A stretch of 64,000 nt of DNA, taken from NCBI GenBank assembly GCA_963812135.1, contig CAWETU010000005.1, positions 224,001 to 288,000 of the forward strand, read 5' to 3'. Both the position numbers and the translations under genes were made by a program. How positions within the stretch are numbered: position 1 is the stretch's first letter; the number at the start of each line of letters is the position of its first letter. Positions 16,131 to 26,218 of this stretch are shown one piece after another. The DNA comes from Vulcanimicrobiota bacterium. GTDB lineage: Bacteria > Vulcanimicrobiota > Vulcanimicrobiia > Eremiobacterales > Eremiobacteraceae. The notes beneath the pieces were generated by a model, which did not search any database, was not told where the DNA came from, and was given only the letters and a program-made list of their open reading frames with translations.

Positions 16131-18305
16131 CTACCGGTCCCCGACGCGCGCTTCGCGCTTGGTGACGCGGTACGCGTTGCGCACGTCGCGCACGCGCCCA
16201 AGCTTTTGGAGCAGCTGGCTCAAATGGTTCAGATCGCGGATCTCGAGGCTGCACGAGATGCTCGCGCTGCCGTCGCGCTTGGTGCGCGCGGTGACCGACG
16301 TGGCGTTGGTCTTGTGCTCGGAGAGCACGCTCATGACGTCTTGGAGCAGGCCGGCGCGATCGGCGGCTTCGATCTCGACGTCGACGATGTGCGCGTCGGT
16401 GGGCGACACGTCCCACGCGACGTCGATCAAACGATCCGGCTGCGTGCCGAGCGAGCCCGCGTTCGGACACTCGACGCGATGCACCGAGACGCCCTTGCCT
16501 TGCGTGATAAAGCCTAAGATCGCGTCGCCGGGGACCGGCCGGCAGCATTTGGCGAAGCGGACCATGACGCCGCTCATGCCGCGCACCTTGACGCCCGAAG
16601 GCTGACGGCGCGCCGGCTTGCGCACGCCGATGGCTTGGCGCTCGAGCGGCAGCGGCACGACGTTGCGTTTCTTGGCCTCTTCGCGCGCGCGCGTGACGAT
16701 CGACCCGAGCGATGCGTCGCCGAAGCCGACCGCCGCGAACATATCGTCGACGCTCGTATAATTGAGCTTGGTGGCGCAGCTTTCGAGGAACGCCGCGGTG
16801 CCGACCGCCTGCAGCTGCTGGCGCGCGAACTCGCGCTCCAGGATCTCGCGGCCGGCCGTGATGTTCTCATCGCGCCGGTTCTTGCGGAACCACTGCTTGA
16901 TCTTATGCTTGGCGGATGAGGTGCGGCAGATCGTCAGCCAATCCAGCGACGGCCCAGGACTGCCTTTGTTGACGAGCGCTTCGCAGATGTCGCCGGTCTG
17001 CAACTCGTAGGTGAGCGGCACGATCTTGCCGTTGACCTTCGCGCCGACGCAGCGATGGCCGACGCCGGTGTGCACGTGATAGGCGAAGTCGATCGGCGTC
17101 GCACCCGCCGGCAGGCCCATGACGTCGCCTTTGGGCGTGAACACAAACACCTGATTGGCGAACAGATCGACTTTGAGCCGCTCGATGAACTCGCGGCTGT
17201 CGTGCGTCTCTTCTTGCCACTCGAGCAGCGAGCGCAGCCAAGCGAGCTTCTCGTCGAAGTCGTCGCCGCGGCCGCCTTCTTTATAGCGCCAGTGCGCGGC
17301 GATGCCATATTCGCTCGTGCGGTGCATCTCCCACGTGCGGATCTGGATCTCGATCGGATCGCCGCCAGGTCCGATGACCGTCGTGTGGATCGACTGATAG
17401 CCGTTGGTCTTGGGCATCGCGATGTAGTCTTTGAAGCGGCCCGGCAGCGGCGTCCAGATGCTGTGCACGATGCCGACGGCGCCGTAGCAATCCTTGACGG
17501 AGTCGACGATCACGCGGATCGCCGTGAGATCGAAGATCTCGGAGAAGTCGCGACCGCTGCCCAGCTTCTGATAGATCGAATAGAAATGTTTGGGCCGGCC
17601 CGAGATGTCCGCCGTGATGCCGGCGGCGGCGAAGCGCGTTTGCACGTCGGCGATCACGTCGCTGACTGAGCGCTCGCGATCGCCGCGACGCTTGGCAACG
17701 CGCTCGGCGATCTCTCTATAGGCTGTCGGATCGAGGTACTCGAGGCTCAAGTCCTCGAGATCCCATTTGATCTTGTAGATGCCGAGGCGATGCGCGAGCG
17801 GGGCGTAGATCTCCAGCGTCTCCTCGGCGATCATGCGGCGCTTGGCCGCGGGTAGGCTGTCGAGCGTGCGCAGGTTGTGGAGGCGATCGGCGAGCTTGAT
17901 GATGATGACGCGGATGTCTTTGGCCATCGCCAAGAACATCTTACGCAGGTTCTCGACCTTGACGTCTTCTTTGGTCTGATACGGGATTTTGGTGAGTTTG
18001 GTCAGCGCGTCGACGAGCGTGGCGATCTCGCCCCCGAAGCGCTTCTCGATGTCTTCGAGCGGCACGGTCGTGTCCTCGACGACGTCGTGCAACAGGCTGG
18101 CGGCGATGCAGGCCGGGTCCATCTCCAAGTCCGCCAAGATCGAAGCAACGGCCAGGGGGTGAGAGATGAAACTGTCGCCGCTGGCCCGGGTCTGGCCACC
18201 GTGGGCCTGGTCGGCAAAGTCATAGACGCCCTGGAGCCAGCCCTCGTCCAGGCTCGGGTAGTACCTCTTGACGTGCTTCGTAAGCTCAGAAATTGTTGTC
18301 GCCAT
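16131..18305 (-). CDS. relA: Bifunctional (p)ppGpp synthetase/hydrolase (Rel)
   Basis: HDVVED hydrolase motif, RFKDY/GYQSIHT synthetase motifs, TGS, CC and ACT domains. Confidence 0.98.
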   Translation of the reverse strand: MATTISELTKHVKRYYPSLDEGWLQGVYDFADQAHGGQTRASGDSFISHPLAVASILADLEMDPACIAASLLHDVVEDTTVPLEDIEKRFGGEIATLVDALTKLTKIPYQTKEDVKVENLRKMFLAMAKDIRVIIIKLADRLHNLRTLDSLPAAKRRMIAEETLEIYAPLAHRLGIYKIKWDLEDLSLEYLDPTAYREIAERVAKRRGDRERSVSDVIADVQTRFAAAGITADISGRPKHFYSIYQKLGSGRDFSEIFDLTAIRVIVDSVKDCYGAVGIVHSIWTPLPGRFKDYIAMPKTNGYQSIHTTVIGPGGDPIEIQIRTWEMHRTSEYGIAAHWRYKEGGRGDDFDEKLAWLRSLLEWQEETHDSREFIERLKVDLFANQVFVFTPKGDVMGLPAGATPIDFAYHVHTGVGHRCVGAKVNGKIVPLTYELQTGDICEALVNKGSPGPSLDWLTICRTSSAKHKIKQWFRKNRRDENITAGREILEREFARQQLQAVGTAAFLESCATKLNYTSVDDMFAAVGFGDASLGSIVTRAREEAKKRNVVPLPLERQAIGVRKPARRQPSGVKVRGMSGVMVRFAKCCRPVPGDAILGFITQGKGVSVHRVECPNAGSLGTQPDRLIDVAWDVSPTDAHIVDVEIEAADRAGLLQDVMSVLSEHKTNATSVTARTKRDGSASISCSLEIRDLNHLSQLLQKLGRVRDVRNAYRVTKREARVGDR

Positions 18306-18380
18306 GTGGATATTGCTATTCTACAGGGACAACGCGGGACGCGCAACCGGTCTGGAGCCCCAGGGCTCCGGCCAGAACTC

Positions 18381-18740
18381 TCACGCCGGCTGGTAGTCTT
18401 CAAACTCCCAGTAGCCTAGGCGCCCCAGCTTCTCACCGATTTCGTGCCAGCTCGACCCCTCGGTGTTGGCGCAATACTCCTCGATAAAGCGGACGATTCG
18501 CTTGAGGTCGAACTCGAAAACGATTAGATGGTGTCGGCCGACTACGACATCATTTGGGCCGTGTTGGCTTTTCAACCAGTCAGGCGTGCACACGGTGACT
18601 TGAAATGTCTCTTCGCCTTCTTCTGAATCCGGTCCGATGAAGAGCTCCATCGTAAAACGGAAATTCCTCGGGTCCGCCGGGCGATAAGCGTTCAGATCTT
18701 GGACGTCAGTCGCATTGTATGACTTGAGCTTAGCTCGCAC
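18381..18740 (-). CDS. Imm8-like immunity protein (orphan)
   Basis: Y.P.DP.NF...IGP...GEETF...VCTPDWL...GRH.LIV...W.EI..KL.R...WEFEDY pattern. Confidence 0.75.
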   Translation of the reverse strand: MRAKLKSYNATDVQDLNAYRPADPRNFRFTMELFIGPDSEEGEETFQVTVCTPDWLKSQHGPNDVVVGRHHLIVFEFDLKRIVRFIEEYCANTEGSSWHEIGEKLGRLGYWEFEDYQPA

Positions 18741-18746
18741 CGTGAG

Positions 18747-19334
18747 TCAGCTCCGCCACTTATTGTTGGTCAGCGACGTCATGACATGATCTTCCCAGAC
18801 GTCATTGATGCGCAGATAATCCTTCGCCGTTCCCTCGATCACGAAACCGAGTCGCTCCAGCAGCGCGCCGCTTCGACGATTGCGCGGCATATAGTTGGCC
18901 ATGATGCGATGCAGATTGAGATCGTCGAACGCGAAACGCAGCAGCGCTTGCAGCGCCTCGGACATCAGACCTTTGCCCTCATGGGTGCGCGCGATCGAGT
19001 AGCCGAGATAGCACGCATGGAAGGGGCCGCGAATGATGTTGGTCAGGTTCGCGGAGCCGACGACCGTGCGATCGTCCAACTCATACAGAAACGTCCGGCA
19101 TGCGCGGCCGGCATCGAACTCGATGTGCGTCTGCTCGATCCATTCGCGCCAGAACGACGGATCGAGCATCGCCGGGGTCGCCCACGAGAACTCTTTGAGA
19201 TGCGCCTCGTCGGCGCGATAGTGCGCCGCGATCGCATCCTCGTCGCCGCGACGCGCGACGCGCACGATCAGTCGCGGCGTGCGAAGGACGCATCGACCCG
19301 CCCCCGGATCAGTATGTGATAAAGGACTTGACAT
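18747..19334 (-). CDS. RimJ-like GNAT N-acetyltransferase (start uncertain)
   Basis: [17 protein letters not shown]...GKGLMSEAL...[15 protein letters not shown]...WEDH. Confidence 0.9.
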   Translation of the reverse strand: MSSPLSHTDPGAGRCVLRTPRLIVRVARRGDEDAIAAHYRADEAHLKEFSWATPAMLDPSFWREWIEQTHIEFDAGRACRTFLYELDDRTVVGSANLTNIIRGPFHACYLGYSIARTHEGKGLMSEALQALLRFAFDDLNLHRIMANYMPRNRRSGALLERLGFVIEGTAKDYLRINDVWEDHVMTSLTNNKWRS

Positions 19335-19830
19335 CCACGCCCGGCAATTGTGCGCGGCCTTTGAGCGCCGCGAGTTCGACGAGGAACGCGAAGCCGACGA
19401 TTGTGCCGCCGAGTTTGTCCACTAACTGACGCACCGCCGCGGCGGTGCCGCCGGTCGCGAGCAGATCGTCGACCAGCAAGACGCGTTGTCCATTCGCGAT
19501 CGCGTCCTTGTGCATCTCGAGCGTGTTGGTCCCATATTCGAGCGCGTAGTCCACGCTGATCTTCTCAAAGGGAAGCTTGCCGGGCTTGCGCACCGGCACG
19601 AAACCCGTGCCCAGCTTGTAGGCGAGCGGCGCGCCGAGGATGTAGCCGCGCGCCTCGATGCCGACCACGACGTCGATCCTCTTATCTTTATATGCGTCGG
19701 CCATCAGGTCAATGGCGGAGCGCAGGCCAGCCGGATCCTGCAGCACCGGCGTGATGTCGCGGAAGAGGATACCTGGGATCGGGAAGTCGGGGATGGAGCG
19801 GATCTTGTCTTTGAGCTGTAGTGCGTCCAT
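19309..19830 (-). CDS. apt: Adenine phosphoribosyltransferase
   Basis: [28 protein letters not shown] and [10 protein letters not shown]. Confidence 0.98.
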   Translation of the reverse strand: MDALQLKDKIRSIPDFPIPGILFRDITPVLQDPAGLRSAIDLMADAYKDKRIDVVVGIEARGYILGAPLAYKLGTGFVPVRKPGKLPFEKISVDYALEYGTNTLEMHKDAIANGQRVLLVDDLLATGGTAAAVRQLVDKLGGTIVGFAFLVELAALKGRAQLPGVDVKSFITY

Positions 19831-19881
19831 GAAGCCGACCTTCTCCGAGGAAACGGGTCCGCCATTCTCGGACATCGCCCC

Positions 19882-21261
19882 ATGGCAAAGCGGAAGGCGC
19901 GCGGGTCTGCCGGGCGTCGCGTCGACGTGCCCAGCGCCGCACAGCGTTACGAGGCCGGTCGCAAACTGCGCACCAAGGTGCCGCGTTCCAGCCATGCGGA
20001 GTGGGAGCCCTCGAGCCGGCGCGATCCGATTGGGCTGATCATCGACACCGACGCGACCCGCGTGCAAGAGCTCGTGCCGATCCGCTACGGGCGCATGGCC
20101 CTATCGCCGTTCGCCTTCTACCGCGGCGCCGCCGCGGTCATGGCGTACGACCTCAAGGACACGCTGGTCTCGGGCATCAACGCGCAGATCTGCGGCGATG
20201 CGCATCTGAGCAACTTCGGCTTGTTCGGCACGCCCGAGCGGCGCATCATCTTCGACGTCAACGATTTCGATGAGACGCGGCGCGGTCCGTGGGAGTGGGA
20301 TGTCAAGCGGTTGGCGGCAAGCTGCTTCATCGCCGCGCGCAGCAACGGCGCGCGCCGACGGCCGAGCAGAGGTGTGGCGCAGGCAAGCGTCGCCGCCTAT
20401 CGCGATGAGATGCAGACGATGGCGAAGCTCGGTTACCTCGATATCTGGTATACATGGCTCGACCTGCGCCGGGCCCTCGAGATCGTGCCGCGCAGCTACT
20501 TCATGGCGGCCCGCGACCGCAAGCGCCAGGCCATCCATCGGACGTCCAGTCATGGCCTGCCGGGTTTCGTCGTCCACAAGAAAAAAGGGCTCCAGATCCA
20601 AGACGAGCGCCCGCTGATCACGCATCTTGACGATGCCGAGCGGGGGCGCCGGCTCGAACTCGACATCATCCATTACCGCGACACATTAGAGCCGGACCGC
20701 CAAACATTGCTGAACCGCTATCATTTGGTCGATCTGGCCACCAAAGTGGTCGGGGTGGGGAGCGTCGGGACCCGCTGCTACGTCGCGCTCTTCCTCGGCC
20801 GCGACAATCGCGATACGCTTTTGCTCCAGATAAAGGAAGCGCAAGCATCCGTGCTCGAGCGCTACCTCGGCAAGAGCCGTTACGCGAACCACGGCGAGCG
20901 CGTGGTAAACGGCCAGCGCCTCATGCAAGCCGCGAGCGACATCTTCCTAGGTTGGGCGCGCGGTTTGCGCCACGATTACTACGTGCGGCAGTTGCGCGAT
21001 GAGAAATATTCGGCGGCAGTACAAGCGATGGGGATGCGCGATCTTACCGACTATGCTGACCTGTGCGGGCGCGCGCTGGCGCGAGCGCATGCGCGTTCGG
21101 GCGACCCTTGCGAGATCGCGGGGTATCTAGGCCGAGGCGAGACGTTCGATCGAGCACTGGCGGCGTTCGCCGAGACGTACGGCGAGCAGAACGAGCGCGA
21201 TTACGCCGCGCTGCTCGACGCGATCAAGACGAAGCGGATCAAAGCTAAGCTCGATCTGTAA
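19882..21261 (+). CDS. DUF2252 family protein
   Basis: [34 protein letters not shown] and KVVGVGSVG. Confidence 0.93.
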   Translation: MAKRKARGSAGRRVDVPSAAQRYEAGRKLRTKVPRSSHAEWEPSSRRDPIGLIIDTDATRVQELVPIRYGRMALSPFAFYRGAAAVMAYDLKDTLVSGINAQICGDAHLSNFGLFGTPERRIIFDVNDFDETRRGPWEWDVKRLAASCFIAARSNGARRRPSRGVAQASVAAYRDEMQTMAKLGYLDIWYTWLDLRRALEIVPRSYFMAARDRKRQAIHRTSSHGLPGFVVHKKKGLQIQDERPLITHLDDAERGRRLELDIIHYRDTLEPDRQTLLNRYHLVDLATKVVGVGSVGTRCYVALFLGRDNRDTLLLQIKEAQASVLERYLGKSRYANHGERVVNGQRLMQAASDIFLGWARGLRHDYYVRQLRDEKYSAAVQAMGMRDLTDYADLCGRALARAHARSGDPCEIAGYLGRGETFDRALAAFAETYGEQNERDYAALLDAIKTKRIKAKLDL

Positions 21262-21699
21262 CTATTTCGCGGGCTTTCGCGCCACGATTTCGAGCAGCGT
21301 GCCGGCCGGATCTTCGAAGAAAACCGCCGGGTAGCCGTCCATATCAGCCGACAGCTCGACGTTGACGCCGCCAAGTTCCGGCAGACGCACATTCCAGCGC
21401 TCGACTTCCGCACGAGAACTCACACGGAAGGCGATGCGCGTGCGAGTGGGCGTCATGCGCGGATCTTCGATGAAGCCGATGAAATAGGACGGCCGGTCCG
21501 GTCCTGGTTCTTCGAAATACTCAGCGACGTTATGAGCCTGGCCTGGCTTGAGCTCGTGCCAATCGCCGGCATCGTCGACGAACGACAGCTTCTTCCGCGG
21601 CATGCCCAACTCGGCCATCAGGCGATCGTAGAACGGCTCGACGATAACGAGCGAGCGCACGCGCGTGTCGATGTGGTCGAAACCCTGGAAACGCCTCAC
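21262..21699 (-). CDS. VOC/glyoxalase family protein
   Basis: FDHIDTRV...RIAF...AVFFEDPAGTLLEIV. Confidence 0.9.
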   Translation of the reverse strand: MRRFQGFDHIDTRVRSLVIVEPFYDRLMAELGMPRKKLSFVDDAGDWHELKPGQAHNVAEYFEEPGPDRPSYFIGFIEDPRMTPTRTRIAFRVSSRAEVERWNVRLPELGGVNVELSADMDGYPAVFFEDPAGTLLEIVARKPAK

Positions 21700-21795
21700 A
21701 AATCGACCTTCGCGCGCGTTGCCGCGGCCCCCTAGACGCCCCTTTGACGGCGCGTGATATGAGCCGCACCTTCACCTCTTGGGGGATCGCCTTTC

Positions 21796-23076
21796 ATGAA
21801 TGTCAATCTAACGTCGGCTGCGTCGCCTGCCCCGCCCAATCGCGTCGTGTTCGGGGTCTATCGTGACGGAGACAATAATCTTGACGCGGTTCAGGAGCGC
21901 AATGTCACGGACTTCGTGCGCGAGACGCGAACCAATTCCGCATTGAAGGTCGTCGCGGAAGACACGACCGGTGTGCCGCACGCGCCCTTCCGCACGGGCG
22001 ATCTCCGGACGGAGTGGTCGACCATCGAAGGCGGAAAGCAGCATGTCGTGCGGATCGAATCCGCTCGGGACATGAGCTCCCGCGCGACACTGGCCGCGTT
22101 CGTGAACAGAACGTTAGAAGCGCGCGCCGCCGACCCGAACTTCAAGGGCGCAGACGTATGGCTGGATCTCGTGGATCATGGTGCGGGTGATGGCGGTGGC
22201 CTCGAGAGCGACAGCAACGGCGGCGGTTGCATGCCGATGGAAGATATCGCCGGGGCCATTTCCGACGGCAGGGCACAGTTTCTCAAGAAGCATCCTGGCG
22301 CCGACGCGTCGGTGACCGGTGTCTTGGCCAATCAATGCTTGATGGCGACGTTGGGATTCGCGGACGCGCTCTCTCGGAGCGGCGTTCGGTTCCTCGCCGC
22401 TTCCCCGGAAACAATGATCGCTCCCGGCGCCCCTTCCGCCAAGATCGCGGATGCGCTCACGCACGGCGATGGGTGGGCGTCGTCGGTCGTCGACGCAACC
22501 ATGCATGCGCGCTATGGGGATGGCGATTCAACGTATCATCCGGCAGCCGCATTTGACGTCCTCGACCTGGACCCGAAGAAAATAGGTGCGATGCGTAGCG
22601 CGGTCACTGCGTTCAACGACTCCGTCGTGTCACTGCGCCAGGTTGACGGCGGCGCCCAACTGCTCCACGACGTCCGATCAGATATTCGATCCGTGCCCGG
22701 CATGGCTCGCTTCGACCACACCGCAGACATGGTGTATCACGCCGATCGACCGGTCGAGGCGCTGTATGCGAAGATCAGCACCGACGAACGGCTTCCGGGC
22801 AGCGTTCGCGATGCGGCGGCCAAAGCAAGATACGCGGTGGGTGCGATCGTCCTGGCGCACGACGAATACGATTGGTTTGCGCCGATGCATGCGAGCTATG
22901 CGGATGCAGCCGGCCCGACCGCTCACATCCCGTTATCGTCAGATCAATACGACCCGTGGTCCTCGAACGGAGTGAGCGAGACGCACAACGCGTTCTTCAA
23001 GGCGGTGCATGGTCGGGAGTTCGCGCAATCGATCGGCGCGTACGATCCAAGCCAGCGCGCAGCGCTCGTCGCGTGA
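21796..23076 (+). CDS. Clostripain-like (C11) cysteine peptidase
   Basis: YRDGDNNL, LVDHGAG (His), NQCLMA (Cys) and LAASPET. Confidence 0.7.
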   Translation: MNVNLTSAASPAPPNRVVFGVYRDGDNNLDAVQERNVTDFVRETRTNSALKVVAEDTTGVPHAPFRTGDLRTEWSTIEGGKQHVVRIESARDMSSRATLAAFVNRTLEARAADPNFKGADVWLDLVDHGAGDGGGLESDSNGGGCMPMEDIAGAISDGRAQFLKKHPGADASVTGVLANQCLMATLGFADALSRSGVRFLAASPETMIAPGAPSAKIADALTHGDGWASSVVDATMHARYGDGDSTYHPAAAFDVLDLDPKKIGAMRSAVTAFNDSVVSLRQVDGGAQLLHDVRSDIRSVPGMARFDHTADMVYHADRPVEALYAKISTDERLPGSVRDAAAKARYAVGAIVLAHDEYDWFAPMHASYADAAGPTAHIPLSSDQYDPWSSNGVSETHNAFFKAVHGREFAQSIGAYDPSQRAALVA

Positions 23077-23091
23077 CAATTGTGCCGCGCT

Positions 23092-23577
23092 TCAGAAGAT
23101 GCCGAACAACCGAACCTGATCGGCGACAACCGCGCCGCAGCAGCGTTTATAGAATTCCGCTGGACCGATCCGGGGTATGAGCGCCCATTCGAACCCGAGG
23201 TCTTTGATGGACGCGAGCGCACGCTGAGTAAGGATACAGCCGAGGCCATGCCCGCGCGACGCGGTCGCGACGCCCATGGGACCAAAAATGCCGACGTCCG
23301 CGCGTCGCCGCCAATTGCGTAACCACCACCAGCGATAGTGCCGCTGTTCGTAACTCGCGAAGCCGACAATTGCACCGGACGCATCTCGCGCGACCCAGTT
23401 CCACGCATGCCCCGCCTCCCTGGACCATGTCGCGTTGAACGCACCCATGATCCACCGCTGAACTTCTGGCGTGACGCCCTGTTCGTTGGTCAACGTGATG
23501 CCGAGCCGCTCGAGCGCCTCCTCTTGAGCGGCGCCGAAGGACACGGTGCTGAGTTCGACAATCATGTTGGTGACCAT
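23092..23577 (-). CDS. GNAT family acetyltransferase
   Basis: FGPMGVATASRGHGLG (acetyl-CoA motif A) and FY..CG. Confidence 0.85.
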   Translation of the reverse strand: MVTNMIVELSTVSFGAAQEEALERLGITLTNEQGVTPEVQRWIMGAFNATWSREAGHAWNWVARDASGAIVGFASYEQRHYRWWWLRNWRRRADVGIFGPMGVATASRGHGLGCILTQRALASIKDLGFEWALIPRIGPAEFYKRCCGAVVADQVRLFGIF

Positions 23578-23581
23578 CGCC

Positions 23582-24124
23582 GTGACATTATATACCATTG
23601 GGCACGGAACCCGTTCGATCGAAGAGTTCGTCGCCACGATACGCGGCGCGAGCGTCGCGCGCGTCGTCGACGTCCGCGCGTTCCCAAGATCGCGCACCAA
23701 CCCGCAGTTCAATGAGGACGCGCTCGCGCAATCGCTGGCTGCGGCCGGCATTGAATACGTGCATCGGCCCACGCTGGGCGGGCGGCGGCGCGGCCTTGGG
23801 CCTGCCAGCCCGAACGTCGGTTGGCAACAACCAGCCTTTCGTGCGTATGCGGATCACATGCTATCGGACAATTTTTGGTCCGCTCTTGACGAAGTGCTCA
23901 GCCAGGCCCACGACCGGCCTACGGCTATCATGTGCAGCGAGACCCTATGGTGGCGCTGCCATCGGCGATTGATCGCCGACGCCGCGACCGCTCGCGGCGC
24001 GACGGTTAGGCATCTCATGAAGCCGGGAACGGCTTCGGCGCACTCTTTGTCGCCACCGGCGCGCGTCGTCGGCCAGCGCGTCGTCTACACTTCGGAAGAC
24101 GATCAGCGATCGGGTTCGAGATGA
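23582..24124 (+). CDS. DUF488 family protein
   Basis: LYTIGHG, VDVRAFPRSR, LGG and MCSETLWWRCHRRLIAD. Confidence 0.93.
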   Translation: MTLYTIGHGTRSIEEFVATIRGASVARVVDVRAFPRSRTNPQFNEDALAQSLAAAGIEYVHRPTLGGRRRGLGPASPNVGWQQPAFRAYADHMLSDNFWSALDEVLSQAHDRPTAIMCSETLWWRCHRRLIADAATARGATVRHLMKPGTASAHSLSPPARVVGQRVVYTSEDDQRSGSR

Positions 24125-25020
24125 ATGAGCACGTGGGCTCGCGGCATTTCGCGTTTGATGTCGAGCACGATCGTGTCTGAAAGATCGTGGGCCTCTTTGA
24201 GCGGCGTGCCGCCAGGCATCTGCAGATGGAAGTCGATGAACTCGCCACCGCCTGAACGGCGCGTGCGAAGCTTGTGGTAGCTGACGAAAATGTCTTTGTG
24301 CCGTTCGATGATCTCTCGGATGCGCTCTTCGTCCTCGGGGGGAAGCCGCTGGTCGGTGAGCTCGACGAAGGCGCGTGCCGTGAGGTCGTACGCGGAGTGC
24401 GCGATCACACCGGCAACCACGAGCGAAAAGATCGGATCGAGGATCGTGAGGCCCGTGAGTTTGATGGCGAGCAATATTACGGCCACTCCACCTGCGGTCC
24501 AGACGTCGACCCGCAACTCAGCGGCCTGGGCGGCAAGCGCGGGGGACCGTTCGCTCTCTGCAACCCGTGAAAGCCGGTTCGACACGAACAAGTTGAGGAT
24601 TCCCGAGGCTAACATGACGGCGATGCCAAGGTCGAGGTGCGCCACGGAAGCGCCACTGCGCAGCCGCGCGAGCGCCTCGACGACGATGAGCGCAGCGATG
24701 CCGAGGATGAACAACGCTTGCAGCGCCGCCGAGATATTCTCGTATTTGCCGTGCCCGTACGCATGATCGTGATCGGCGGGTCGCGCGGCAGCGCGCACGG
24801 AGAAGAACTGGACCGTCGTCATGAACAGATCGGCCGCGGAGTGCACGGCCTCCGAAAGGACGCTTACCGAGCCGGACACGCCCCAGACCGCGAGCTTCGC
24901 GACGAGCAGCAACGCGTTCGTCGCGAAGGGCAGGCGTAGCGCGCGCAGACGCGCGTCGCCCGCCTGCGCGATGATCTCAGCTCTGCTGGTCTGATTCGGC
25001 TTCGCCTGCGGCGTCGCCAT
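24103..25020 (-). CDS. Cation diffusion facilitator (FieF-like)
   Basis: SEAVHSAAD, PADHDHAYGHGKYE and HLEP. Confidence 0.95.
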   Translation of the reverse strand: MATPQAKPNQTSRAEIIAQAGDARLRALRLPFATNALLLVAKLAVWGVSGSVSVLSEAVHSAADLFMTTVQFFSVRAAARPADHDHAYGHGKYENISAALQALFILGIAALIVVEALARLRSGASVAHLDLGIAVMLASGILNLFVSNRLSRVAESERSPALAAQAAELRVDVWTAGGVAVILLAIKLTGLTILDPIFSLVVAGVIAHSAYDLTARAFVELTDQRLPPEDEERIREIIERHKDIFVSYHKLRTRRSGGGEFIDFHLQMPGGTPLKEAHDLSDTIVLDIKREMPRAHVLIHLEPDR

Positions 25021-26212
25021 GTTCCGTTTCCGTCAGCACGCCGCCGTCTTCGTCGAGCGGCTGGTCGTCCTGGCCGAACGCCTGATCACGCTTGCGACGA
25101 TAACGCGGGGGCGGCGGTGCCGGTCGTTTCGGTTTCGGGGCAAGCTTGCGAGCCGGCGTTGACAGCGATCGTGCAGGTCCGGCTCCCGCAGCGGTCTCGG
25201 TCGCGACGGCGGCTGCCCGTTCGGACGCCCGCTTGCGCAGATCGAAGTTCTTCCATATCACGAGCAACGGGCTCGCGATGAAGATCGACGAGTACGCGCC
25301 GCTGATGACGCCGACAAGCAGCGCGAACGCGAAATCCTTGAGCGTATCGCCGCCGAAGACGAGCAGCGCGACGAGCACGATGACCACGGTGGCCAATGTG
25401 TTCACGGAGCGCGTCATGGTCTGCAACAGCGACGTGTTGACCATCTTGTCGTAGGGGACGTCGGGCATGAGCCGCGTGTTCTCGCGGATCCGGTCGAAGA
25501 TGACGATGGAGTCCATGACGGAATAGCCGATGACCGTCAGCAGGGCAGCAAGAAATGCGTCGTCTGCCTTGCGGTTGGCGATGGCATAGATGCCGACCAT
25601 GACCAGCACGTCATGGATGAGCGCGATATCGGCCACGATGCCGTAGCGCAGCTGATTGCCGAAACGGAACGCGATGTACAGCAGCTGCAAGAAAAGCGCG
25701 ATCACGAGCGCCGCGAGGGAGCGATTCAGGTACTCCTTGGAGAGCGACGGTCCCACCGACGTGATCTGGCTCTGGCTGCGATCGACGGTCAACCCAGCCT
25801 TATCGAGCGCGGCGAACACCGGACCCGGATCCGCGATTGTAGACTGCGACGAGATGATGGCGCGGTCGTTCGGCTGCTTGTCCTCGGGTTTGCTCGCCAG
25901 TTGGATGTTCGCATCGCCGCGTCGCAGCGGCTCGAGCGCGGCGCGCAGCTCCGCGTCGCTCGAGATTTGCTGCGGCGTGAAGCCTGCCTTGTCGACCACG
26001 TCGATGTTCGCGAGCGCCGCCTTGATCTCGCCCTCGCTCACTGTCCGGTTGAACTTGACGTCGATGGTCGTGCCGCCCGTGAACGACAGTCCTAACGGTA
26101 GGCCGTGATGGATGACGAGCGCGATGATGCCGGCGACGATGACGGCGCCGGACAATCCGAACCAGAAGCGCCGCTGGCCGATGATGTCCCAGTTGAGATT
26201 GCGGAAGAACAT
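24977..26212 (-). CDS. secF: Protein translocase subunit SecF
   Basis: GLSFTGGT, VGPSLS, IGYSVMDSIVIFDRIREN and GAYSSIFIA. Confidence 0.98.
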   Translation of the reverse strand: MFFRNLNWDIIGQRRFWFGLSGAVIVAGIIALVIHHGLPLGLSFTGGTTIDVKFNRTVSEGEIKAALANIDVVDKAGFTPQQISSDAELRAALEPLRRGDANIQLASKPEDKQPNDRAIISSQSTIADPGPVFAALDKAGLTVDRSQSQITSVGPSLSKEYLNRSLAALVIALFLQLLYIAFRFGNQLRYGIVADIALIHDVLVMVGIYAIANRKADDAFLAALLTVIGYSVMDSIVIFDRIRENTRLMPDVPYDKMVNTSLLQTMTRSVNTLATVVIVLVALLVFGGDTLKDFAFALLVGVISGAYSSIFIASPLLVIWKNFDLRKRASERAAAVATETAAGAGPARSLSTPARKLAPKPKRPAPPPPRYRRKRDQAFGQDDQPLDEDGGVLTETEHGDAAGEAESDQQS

Positions 26213-26218
26213 TGTCGC

